From positions 4,588,001 to 4,652,000 of the forward strand of contig NC_042997.1 of the NCBI RefSeq assembly GCF_006345805.1: DNA of 64,000 bases, read 5' to 3'. The notes under the pieces are model-generated. The model was not told the DNA's origin and did not search any database. It saw only the letters and a list, made by a program, of their open reading frames with translations. Of this stretch, positions 26,159 through 38,115 are shown one piece after another. The DNA comes from Octopus sinensis. Taxonomy: Eukaryota. A program made the position numbers and the translations under genes. Numbering within the stretch: the first letter of the stretch is position 1; each line of letters starts with the position of its first letter.

Positions 26159-26290
26159 CAAAGGCTCTGGATATATGAGATGTTCGAACTCAATCCTTTC
26201 CTGACTTATCCATAAATTGATAGATGCGGTTTGTAATAACAATAAGAAGATCCGCGTTAGAACAACAACCACTAAATTGACACTGTACAT
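26159..26290 (-). CDS. Candidate first coding exon with signal-peptide-like N-terminus (weak)
   Basis: ATG at 26290; MYSVNLVVVVLTRIFLLLLQTASINLWISQERIEFEHLIYPEPL; phase-0 donor TTG|gtaagg at 26158. Confidence 0.25.
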
Positions 26291-26834
26291 TACTTTGTTT
26301 TTGCTCTTAATATGAGATCTACAAACATCATTGATTCCGTTTTTTCCTGAAAGGTAGTGTAAATTTTAAGTACTAAAATTATGACAATAGAAATGTTTAC
26401 GTTAAATTTCCTTCAAATTAACCAAATTTAAATTTCTTGTAGAATATGAACAATGTTTCCTGTATAGACTGAAAAAATGTTTAAGGAATGAGCTTTGAAT
26501 GTTCATGAATTCTAAGTACATAGATATAGTTGAGAGTTTTGTCTTCTATGTTGTTTACTCTTTTACAGCATTTAATTCGCAGAAAGTGATGTCTAAGACG
26601 CTCTTTAAATATCTCATCGGTAATGAAATTTTCTAATATTGTTGACGTGATTTAACTCTGAAAGATAAGAAAATATCAGAGGCACGAGAAAAAAAAGTAT
26701 AATTAACAAGAACTGTGTAAAGATAAATATAGTTTCTCAAGTAAATTACAATGTTATTATAAGCTTATATTCTTTCACACTTCTGCACATAGAGGAAAAT
26801 GTTTGCTAAAATAATAGCACTGAAACATTAAATA

Positions 26835-27050
26835 ACTTATATTGCTTTCAAGCTATGGCAAAAGATCAGTAATTTCGGAGGAGTCAGTTACATCGACCTT
26901 AAGAGAGACATCAGGTAGTTTTTTTGTCGACCACGAAAGGACGAAAAGGAAAGTGGTTCCAATGGAATTTGAACTCGCATTATATAAATTGTCGAAATGC
27001 CGCTAAGTATTTTCTCTGTCGTGCTAACAATTCTGCCTCCTCACCATCAC
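26835..27050 (-). mobile_element. tRNA-derived SINE (family B)
   Basis: Minus strand head ggcagaattgttagcacgacagagaaaatacttagcggcatt..gagttcaaattcc (A/B-box-like). A related plus-strand copy lies at ~29725-29880. Confidence 0.65.
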
Positions 27051-27119
27051 AACTAATCTCAAGTATTATTATAATCATATTAACTTTCACAGTTTTTGAT
27101 CTCTATGAATATATATTGA

Positions 27120-27440
27120 TTGCCATCCACATGGTCTGGGGTCAGTCCCACTCCTTTGCAACATAGGCAAGTCTATTCTACTCTACCCTCAAGCAAACCA
27201 AAGCCTTGTGAGTGGATTTGGTAGACGGAAACTGAAAGAAGCCCGTTATACATGTATATATATATAGATATGTGTGTGTATGTTGGTGTGTGTGTTTGTC
27301 CCCAAGGTCTATTGAAAACCGATGCTGGTGTGCTTAATTCTCCGTAACTTAGCGGTTCAGCATAAGATGACGATAGAATATATACTAGGCTTACAAAGAA
27401 TAAGTACCAGGGTAGATTTGCTTGACTAAAGGCGGTGCTA
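27120..27440 (+). mobile_element. Family-A SINE, 3' end truncated at the HHR unit
   Basis: Diagnostic blocks present. It ends at actaaaggcggtgc, where the 363-bp unit begins. Confidence 0.8.
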
Positions 27441-27448
27441 AAGAGATT

Positions 27449-27884
27449 ATGGAGCTGACCATGGCAGCGATTATTCTTATATCTATAAGAATGCCATATT
27501 AATATGGCGATAACAATTAATTTCCAGTAAACGCTACCATAATCTCTTTTATAGAGACTTAGTAATTTTAATATTTCTATTATTGAAAACAAGTGGATGT
27601 ATTCCACTGAAACTAGGTAAATATAAGCTTTCGAACAGAGACGTCAGTGGCGACACCTGCGGGTCTGACTGCGCTACATTGACAAGGGGCAATACCCCGA
27701 AACGCGTCTGTAGCTGTCGGACTGGCAGTGTGAAGCGGCTGACCTCCCTTGTTCGAAGGTTATAATGGATACAGATCGTGTATCAATAGGTATCTTGATG
27801 GCGGTGGCCCCATGGAGCTGACCATGGCAGCGATTATTCTTATATCTATAAGAATGCCATATTAATATGGCGATAACAATTAAT
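27449..27884 (+). mobile_element. 363-bp HHR-containing unit plus 73-bp terminal repeat (retrozyme/pLTR-like)
   Basis: 27449-27521 is identical to 27812-27884. One HHR lies inside, and the 3' end merges with (TA)n. Confidence 0.8.
27673..27714 (+). ncRNA. Minimal type I hammerhead ribozyme, U3-A8 core variant
   Basis: Stem I gctaca/tgtagc; core TTGACAA; stem II gggg-caata-cccc; GAAAC-GC-GTC; predicted cleavage after C27708. Confidence 0.8.
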
Positions 27885-27885
27885 A

Positions 27886-28063
<178 letters not shown>

Positions 28064-28344
28064 TTATGTATGAATGTATATATATACACATAAGGAAAAT
28101 AAGACAAAGATGGAGGTGCTAAAGTAATGTTATCATGAAAAACATTTTGGTACCGAATTCAGTCATTAATTAATGTATGACAAACAATTAAATTTTATTT
28201 TTCTTTATTCTAAGATGAAAATGTCTCAAAACCTGAAAAGGGTATAAAATGTTTTTCGTGATAAAATGATTTTAGTATTTTCTACCTTGTCTTATTTTCC
28301 TTATACATATCTACTCTTGAGTTCCTTTTCAATCTTCTACACAC

Positions 28345-28421
<77 letters not shown>

Positions 28422-31188
28422 GTGTGTGTGTGTGTGTGTGTGACTGTGTGTGTAATTAAACATTCAAAAAACGAAAATGGAGAACAAAAAATTAAAAAAG
28501 ATATTTGGTTCATTTTATTTATATTACAATTTGAAAACGTCATACAAATTAAAAGAATAAATGATATACCTTTAGGAACATATATAAATGAATCCGGAAC
28601 AAGTATAAAAGGAACCGCACCAAGAAAATAACCCCATATATCCAAACAAATATTGTACTTATGTTTCAATATAACAATATTTTAGAATCCTCAATAATTG
28701 TGATTTGAAAATTAATCTTTTAAAATGTAACTAGCATTAAACGTTGAATTGCTACTAAAATATCAAAACTATTTGGAAAACATATATGTATTATATTTAT
28801 ATTTATAAAGGTTTATATGAGAGAGGTGGTAGAAAGACGGATGTTGCTTATCGTGATGGATTTATCATACAAAAATTATAATGGGAAATATAAATAATAT
28901 TGGATGAATAGCATTGGTGTTATTTATGAATTAAATTTGATACGATATATTTCCCAGTGTTACGAAGAAAACATATTTTGTATTTAAAATATAATGTGTA
29001 TAAAAACTATGATACTCACTTACGAAATTTTGCTAAATGCTACAGAAATTAAAAGCAGTGTTCTAGGATAAAATCCCTACGTCAAATATTGAGTAACTAG
29101 TGATCTGCCTTTAGTTAATATATATGTGTAATCATGTCATTCTATATTTTAAAAATGAAAACTAACTTGTATTTCACTTTAATAATATGTCAATAATTTT
29201 TATGGATAAAATAAATTTTAATGGTTTAAATTTTCATATTTATACATTGAGATACATTAAAAGTACAAATAGTCATGACTGCTAGTTTATAATATTTTAT
29301 AAAAATTAAAAAAAATATACGATAAAGCTTTCAAAATACAGTATTTATATCGAAATGGGGCTGTATTAATAACAATATCAAGATTTGCGATTTATTTTAT
29401 ATTAGTTATCTATATATTCTATTTAACAATGCGATAGATATTATACATTAATAGTAAGCGATAAAATGAAATTAAAGTAAATTAATGAAATGTGTGATTA
29501 CAAGATTAAGAGAACAATAGGTTAACTTAATAGTTATATTTATACTTATATTATATCATTATATTATATATATGTATACTTATACATTGGTTTTAATATG
29601 GTTTATATAATAATTGTTATAATATATAAGTTTACAATTGTCAATTATTTGCTATTTTAAATGTGGGTTAGAAGGGTGTTCTAAATATTAAAGCGATTGA
29701 GTGAAGAATGTTACTAAAATCATATATGTATAGTAAGTACTACTCGGTTTTTAGTTTGCTTTGACGTTCTGAATTCAAATGCAGCCGATGTCGAATTTGC
29801 TTGCCATCATTTCAGAGTCGACAAAATACGTACTAGATAAGCGCTGCAGTTGATATATTCGATTAGATCCCTCTCCCTCATAAATCACAGGATTTCTGTC
29901 TATCGTAGCGATGATTGTTATACAATTGTAATTTCAGAGTGATTAATCGGGCTTGTAAATTGCATTTATTGTGAGAGATTAGTTATGCATTTGTTGTTTG
30001 TGTTTCGTTCTTGTAGTTTAAAGATATTTATTGGACCCGAAACAAGATAGCCGTTTTTATTTTTAGATCATTGTGTACGCATCTAAACCTAATTTATATA
30101 ATTTCCGGCAAATATGATGCTTTCATTTCATACATATTAAAACGACATGTGTTTTATAATCTCCTTATTGATCTCCATAAAATGTATATTCCTCTTTGAG
30201 ATTTGTGATTTCAATATTAGATTTATTTCCAGCTCATTATCAGCGGAAGTTTTATATCACATAAAACCAGAAAACTTTATAGTAGCGTTAAGATGTACAC
30301 AAATTGTTATGTGCGGGATGTATTTTACAACTGAAACTGGAATGGAAGTTATATGCAATGATATCGTAAATATATATACATAATCATCTGTATTTTACCA
30401 CCGATTCATGCACATTGGAAAGCAGACAAATTCAATTCTATTTATATAAGAAAATGCCAGGTATAAGATATAAATCAAAATTTTACATCTACAGAAAATT
30501 ATCAATAGCATCTATGAAAGTGGCTGTACATGAGGCCAACGTGAGAAAGAACGCCAATATAGAAAATACATAAAAATTATATGCTAATATGCCGGATGTA
30601 TTTATAGTTTTGATTTAATATTTTGCTTTGTGATGTGCTTGTATTAGAAACATGTTGCATTCTTTAGTTTGAGAAATATTCATGTAAACGCATCACATAC
30701 GTTGCTCTGTATATTTCTTTATATTCAGGAATATATTTCATACCCGCTTATCTTTTTATCGCTGAAATGTACCTGCAAATTTGCTTAGGTTTTTTAAGAT
30801 AATAGTTGTATTTAATTGTAAAATAATCATAATTACTCAAGATCATAAGTTAAATGTTTACAAATAAATTAAGATGCTTTCTCAATGTAAATATCTACTG
30901 GTATTTTAAGGGGAAATGTATAATATTGAAACATTTTATTTCATATTCATGTAGTGTTACGTGTCTACACATACAGCATAGTTTAGACGAGATTGTGCTG
31001 TGACAGAGCTATTTGGACGAATGCACACAGAAGGTGGTACTACGAATTCATAAGAAAGGAGAATAAATGATAAGTATTCGAATTATTGATAAAATAAAAT
31101 AACATTAATAAAATTTTACTGAACAATATAAAAATACATAACGAATAAAATCATTTTAGGATGTAAAATGAAAAAAAGGAGGAAATGA

Positions 31189-31221
<33 letters not shown>

Positions 31222-31304
31222 CGTGAGTGTGTGTGTGCGTGAGTGTGTGTGTGTGTGTGTATGTACATATATGTATATATATGCATATATATATAAGTAC
31301 ATGC

Positions 31305-31352
<48 letters not shown>

Positions 31353-31369
31353 ATTATATATGTATGTAT

Positions 31370-31400
<31 letters not shown>

Positions 31401-33621
31401 TTGTCAGATTTCCTTTATTTGTAAATATATGTGTACACACATTGTATACAATATATGCTATATATTTCTTCACACTGTCGAAAACATGCAAAGATTGATA
31501 TAACCCTGAGAGTGATAAAACAAACTTAAAACATGTTAAATGTATAATGACACCAAATCGCAGCCGTAGCGTCAGGAAAAGTTCAAGCGCAAATCTGACA
31601 ATACAACATCACATTTTGATATTGCCCTCATTCATAGGTCTTTGCTAAATAATTCATATTTACTGGCTTATTGGAGAGCAGAATGGTAGCATGATATTTT
31701 CCTTGAAAAGTTACGCTACAATCTTACAAAGGAATGGTATATGACAATAATGTAGCTTTACTTATACAATTTGATGACATCGATACGTCTGAGATTTTGT
31801 CATAATACAATACCTGAACTTGGAATAATCCGCCATGCATTCGTAAAATTATACTTACTAAGCCTTGCTATAAAGCCGTAAAAGATGGCATCGGGTTGCA
31901 CGCCTTTTATCATAGTTATGTTGGAGCTGAGCTATTATGGTACTAAATAATAGATTGTACTGTTTACGGTATCATTACACATTATATCTCTTGGTGTTGT
32001 ATTAATGTCTGTCCTGAGGCATCTTATATTACTTTCCAAACTTTATTTTTAGTGTTGAGTGATATTAGTTAGAGTTTCTTTTTGCTTTTTCTTCAGTCTT
32101 GTTTGTGGAAGAGAATCTAAAATCTTTTCTAAGTAGGGATTTATGACTGACATTTTTGTTTGTGTATAATCGGTGTCTCCATATAACTATGTGTATTTAT
32201 TTGAGCTTTTGTTGCAAGTAGTCAGGATATATTCGTTATTTTTCATCAAAATATTTCTATCTCGAAATGTTTTCATAACGTTTTAAAGAATTTATTAGTA
32301 CTGTTTTACATGTTACACTTTCTAGAGAGATTTTGTAAGACACTTAGGAATTTGTCAATGGCTTCCGCATCGTGTATTACACAAATCACTTCGTTCACAT
32401 ACTATGTCAATATCATATATTCATATATTCGTGTCAGGTTGGTTTCTTTTGTTGACATGTACATTACTGTGATTGTTGTCCCTATGGGAGAACATATACC
32501 TACATCAGTTTTGACTTACGAAAATGTGTCTAGTGGACAATGAAGTAGTACTCCCTGTGTGTAATACATTAGTAATGACTTCAACAGCTTAACGGATATG
32601 TTCAGTGTATTCTATGTTATTTATTACAGTTCGTGTTGTTTTTGCACCCGAGAAGTCTAGGAAAATTCCTGCTTCACCTAAGATAGAGGTGTTGCCTTCG
32701 TTTCTTTTTATTTTCTTTATTTTTTGCAAAAGACTACGTATGGTACCACATTTCCCTTTAGCTATGTGTTAATCCGTATTTTCAAATTTATAGATCTAAT
32801 GTACTTACTATTATTTACATTATTTACATTTGACGGATATTTGCCTTCAACCTGTCTGTTGTTAACACAACGTCAAGTGTCTTCGGGAAATTTCAAACCT
32901 GGATTCTCATTCCTAAGGTATTTTTCGATGTTGTTGCTGTCATCATCATCATCATCATCATCATCATAAGTGTTCAACATTTGCTTCTTTACGGCTAATT
33001 TTATCATCATCATCATCATCATCATCATCTTCATCATTATAAGTGTTCAGCATTTGCCTTTTTCCGGTAACTTTCTTCTGCATCACATGCTACACCTCCG
33101 TGCTTCTGGCGTGTGTGAAGGATTGTGCGATCTTTTCTGTTGTTGGGAGTGTGCAAACACTTCTCCCAATTGTATTGCGTCAGTTTTCTTTCATTTGAGG
33201 TGTGCTGCAGTCTTTTTGTTGTATTACTGTTCACATTGTACGTTGATTGTATAACGCGTTGGTTATTAGATTGCTGGTGGAAATTTAACTTATTGGTTAA
33301 TTGCTGTAGAAATTGACTCTTGCTTTTGTTGATTCTCTCGTTTACGTTTTATTACTAAATAGTGCCTTGCATGTTGGCTGTTTCTAGCTGCGTTATGTTT
33401 TAGTGTAATGCTGAGAATCCATCTAGGGGTCCAACATTTTTGTTCAATGTATTTTTATCATTGCTTTCGCTCCAATTATATTTTCAACTTCATGCCCCAC
33501 AACATTATTACTTCAATGTCGAGGTCTTTGCACGTTAACAATTTCTTCACTTATTATTGGAAAATATTTTGATCAGAAAGGGCATTCACAATGGCGTTTG
33601 AAGAATTTTCAGCTGAATATA

Positions 33622-33701
<80 letters not shown>

Positions 33702-33795
33702 TAAGGGCTCCTAAATAAAGATGCCGAGTGCTGGGAACACAAAAAGGGGATGAATTTATCGAGAGTGAAAATCAAAAACGTTTACCGATAACTTT

Positions 33796-33877
33796 AACAA
33801 CTCGTACCGCGGTTTCTGCTTCTTTCTAGCAAAACACAGAATATGTTTGCTAAGGCCAGCTTCATCAGCGAGTCGCC
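33796..33877 (-). ncRNA. Type I hammerhead ribozyme, copy 1
   Basis: Reverse complement of the motif at 34912-34993. Confidence 0.8.
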
Positions 33878-34240
33878 TGAATTTAATCGAGGTCTGCAGC
33901 GATGTGGGACTATGTGTTAAACCCGACTACTAGCAGATCTTAACTTTTCAAATCTCTGCGCAGACGCAAAATTTACACGGGCATGCCGGGAAGAATTTTA
34001 CGAATAAATTCATCATGTAGTATGCGAATATAAACAAGAAGGGTAGTAATATGATTTACTACCAGGTGCCCAGCACAAAAGACGAATTAGTCATAAGACA
34101 AAAATATTATTCATATGGAAAAATATTATTCATGTAGTTATAAAATTAAGGGCTCCTAAATAAAGATGCCGAGTGCTGGGAACACAAAAAGGGGATGAAT
34201 TTATCGAGAGTGAAAATCAAAAACGTTTACCAATAACTTT

Positions 34241-34321
34241 AACAACTCGTACCGCGGTTTCTGCTCTTTCTAGCAAAACACAGAATATGTTTGCTAAGGC
34301 CAGCTTCATCAGCGAGTCGCC
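34241..34321 (-). ncRNA. Type I hammerhead ribozyme, copy 2
   Basis: Same motif with a 1-nt deletion in stem II. Confidence 0.8.
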
Positions 34322-34684
34322 TGAATTTAATCGAGGTCTGCAGCGATGTGGGACTATGTGTTAAACCCGACTACTAGCAGATCTTAACTTTTCAAATCTC
34401 TGCGCAGACGCAAAATTTACACGGGCATGCCGGGAAGAATTTTACGAATAAATTCATCATGTAGTATGCGAATATAAACAAGAAGGGTAGTAATATGATT
34501 TACTACCAGGTGCCCAGCACAAAAGACGAATTAGTCATAAGACAAAAATATTATTCATATGGAAAAATATTATTCATGTAGTTATAAAATTAAGGGCTCC
34601 TAAATAAAGATGCCGAGTGCTGGGAACACAAAAAGGGGATGAATTTATCGAGAGTGAAAATCAAAAACGTTTACCAATAACTTT

Positions 34685-34757
34685 AACAACTCGTACCGCG
34701 GTTTCTGCTTCTTTCTAGCAAAACACAGAATATGTTTGCTAAGGCCAGCTTCATCAG
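34685..34757 (-). ncRNA. Hammerhead copy 3, lacking the 5' strand of stem I
   Basis: The array is cut exactly at the first C of CTGATGA (34757). Confidence 0.65.
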
Positions 34758-34911
34758 TTTATATTCGCATACTACATGAATTTATTCGTAAAATTCTTCC
34801 CGGCATGCCCGTGTAAATTTTGCGTCTGCGCAGAGATTTGAAAAGTTAAGATCTGCTAGTAGTCGGGTTTAACACATAGTCCCACATTGCTGCAGACCTC
34901 GATTAAATTCA

Positions 34912-34993
34912 GGCGACTCGCTGATGAAGCTGGCCTTAGCAAACATATTCTGTGTTTTGCTAGAAAGAAGCAGAAACCGCGGTACGAGTTGTT
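34912..34993 (+). ncRNA. Type I hammerhead ribozyme, inverted copy
   Basis: Stem I ggcgactcg/cgagttgtt; CTGATGA 34921-34927; long stem II (gct/agc, tagcaaa/tttgcta); GAAA 34973-34976; palindromic stem III ACCGCGGT; GUA triplet with predicted cleavage after A34984. Confidence 0.82.
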
Positions 34994-35210
34994 AAAGTTA
35001 TCGGTAAACGTTTTTGATTTTCACTCTCGATAAATTCATCCCCTTTTTGTGTTCCCAGCACTCGGCATCTTTATTTAGGAGCCCTTAATTGTATAACTAC
35101 ATAAATAATATTTTTCTATATGAATAATATTTTTGTCTTATGCCTAATTCGTCTTTTCTGCTGGGCACCTGGTAGTAAATAATATTACTACCCTTCTTGT
35201 TTATATATAT

Positions 35211-35347
<137 letters not shown>

Positions 35348-35350
35348 ATA

Positions 35351-35413
<63 letters not shown>

Positions 35414-37305
35414 ATATATATTATATATATATATAATGTTTTATAAGGGAAATACACTACGGCAAGAAATAATATATTCATTTTGGTATTTGCTTAGTAA
35501 TATGAGATTCTTGAAGTTTTGTAAAATTACAGAGTGTGTATGAATATCATAGTTAAATACCTGGTTTTAGATACTGTAATACTATTATGTAATATATGAG
35601 AGTCTATATTGGATTTTGTTTGTTTTGGTTGAGAATATGGGTTTTTGCAGGTTTTTATTTGGCAGGCTTATATATTGTATATTTAGTGTATCTTTGTACT
35701 CACCTAAATTTGTATCTTATGCTATTTATTAATAAACCTATTCATTTACTCACGTTTGGCTTTATACATATTAGCAGTCTTATAAATTTAGTCTATATTT
35801 GTAGTCTTCTTGATTTGTACATTATGTTATTCATCTATTCATTTTTCTTACTCATTATCTACAGGTATAAGTTTACATAATATTAGCCTGTATACTAAGT
35901 TTATATAAGTGCTTTCTTCAATATATATCTTCACTTTATTTTATGTTATTTATTTATCTATATACTCTTTTATGCATATGTGGATATATGCATATTAGCA
36001 TTACCATATATTAGGTGTACCTATGTATTTATCTGAATTTGTTTTCTATGGTATCTATCTATTTATTTAGTCATTTACTTATTTATTTATTTATTTATTT
36101 ATTTACATATTTAAGTGTAGATATATACATACATATCAATTATTTAGTTTAATAATATATGGATACATGCATACTAGTTTGTACTTATACTCTGTATGTA
36201 ATTTTAAATATTCTTCTTATTTATTTTATCACATCTTAATCTTAAGTAATTACAATTTATTAACTTATAATAAATTTAATTTTTGTTATTTACTTATGTA
36301 CCATTGTATTGGTAAGTCCCCCACTGATATTATTTAATGCCAAATCTTGTTAATTATTACATTTGTATCTATGTGTCCAGGGATGCTTAAAAGTATATTT
36401 ATATTTAAGTACTATGAATGTTTTCTCGCGAGTCACATATGAAAATAAACTGCTATACATGAGTATTATTATGGGCATGTATATTTGAGTGTAATTCTAT
36501 TAGTTCGTAGGTTAGGTTCTTTGATGGATAAATATTAATATTATAATGGCATTGGATTTATTACGTAGAAAAGATATATATATATACTATAAAGAATTTC
36601 TGTCTTGTCTTGTCTGTTTACACATCCCGGAATATTTCCGTATTTGGAATTCTTACAATTAATCTCTCATAATTTAATTGCTATAAACCGATGTCAATTT
36701 AGTATGTTTCTATGTCTATTGATAGTCAAACAAAAATGTTTAATCTATACTTTATAACTTAGCGTACATGTGATTATAGCAAATTACGGTGAAATCAGTA
36801 AACGTTATGTTATGTAATACTATGACTACAGAAAAAACGGTGGCATATGCTTTGTGTACCCTACGAAAAATTACATTCTATGTCTTGATATATAAATATA
36901 TGTATCTTTATAACAAATATTTTATGGAAATGTGCGAGTGGATCTTCTTAGTTAATTTAGTGGCATTGTTGTCGTTTTAGAGAGGCTGGATGGCTGCATA
37001 GCTACGATAATACCTCTTTTATTATTTATTTATTTATGTGTTTGACGGTGTTTATGGATATGTATGTGTATGAGTGTATGTGTGTGTGTATACATATAAT
37101 TATGTATGTGCGATTGATCTGTGGATGTGCGTGTGTGTATGTGCGTTTCTTGACTAACTAACCGTAAAATTTCTTTTGTGATTCAAATTTAAAACTATAA
37201 GCCAATCGAATTAATCTAGAATAATCAATATCAAGCGGACAGAATAATCAGACTCATAGATATGTAGATGTCCGATTGATGTACTTGGTACAGACATGGT
37301 TGTAT

Positions 37306-37363
<58 letters not shown>

Positions 37364-37709
37364 TATTAATATTAATAGTAATTTTTATTGACTTTTATAG
37401 CTTTATAATTTTATGAACTGAACTGTGTGTTTTTTTTTTATTTTTTATGTATAGGTCTGATTTAAATTTAAATGTGAGTGTGCATATAACTTTCTGTAGG
37501 TTAGTTTTGGAACTAGTAGCCCAATATGTAGAATAACTGTGTTTGTTAATATATATTGATATATTTTGTTTTGTTTCTTTTGTATTATTGTATTAATGGG
37601 TATATATATATGTGTAGTATTATGAGTGTCTATGCACACGATTTTATATTTTATATTTTTATATTTATATGTATATAAAAACACTTTTTTCACACTTATA
37701 ATAAATTAA

Positions 37710-37825
37710 ATTCTCTGAAGAGGCCGTGGGGCATCCTTGTTAATGTCTCATTTATACCTGCCTTATATGGCTTATATGTTAAATGAGGCATATTTCCCCT
37801 TACGGCCGAAACAGCTATCAGATAT
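37710..37825 (+). ncRNA. Hammerhead motif with ~85-nt extended stem II, probably decayed
   Basis: CTGAAGA 37715-37721; ggccgt/acggcc, gggg/cccc and atgtctcattta/taaatgaggcat pairings; GAAAC-AGCT-ATC (GUC changed to AUC); stem I only tct/aga. Confidence 0.6.
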
Positions 37826-38050
37826 GATATAATTATATATTATATTTTATATTTTACATTTCTATTTCCTTGTCTAATTATATGTGCAATATATTTTGTA
37901 TAATGCCTTTACTGTTATGTAATGGTGTAATAAAGTATTGATTAGGTATCATCTGATGGTTGATGTTTGATTGATTTAAGTATGTTTCTCCATTTTCTAA
38001 TTTTGTTGTATATATATATATATTTATGTATATATATATATAATATATAT

Positions 38051-38115
<65 letters not shown>

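Larger units (their letters stand above)
33698..35199. mobile_element. Retrozyme-like array: 2.4 tandem 445-bp HHR units plus one inverted unit
   Basis: Equivalent positions at 33701, 34146 and 34590 (periods 445 and 444). Copy 3 ends at 34757; the inverted copy spans 34758-35199. (TA)n flanks both sides and the copies differ at only a few positions. Confidence 0.92.

Noticed and set aside
31540-32720. Possible ancient minus-strand PLE RT
   Set aside because: Only faint motif echoes (e.g. IDVIKLY); too degraded to support without a profile search.
33698-34757. Tandem array as CRISPR or as a 63-aa coding repeat (34173-34364)
   Set aside because: The units are near-identical along their whole length with no spacers. 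The ORF starts at GTG, is not preserved between copies (1-nt indel) and lies antisense to the ribozyme.
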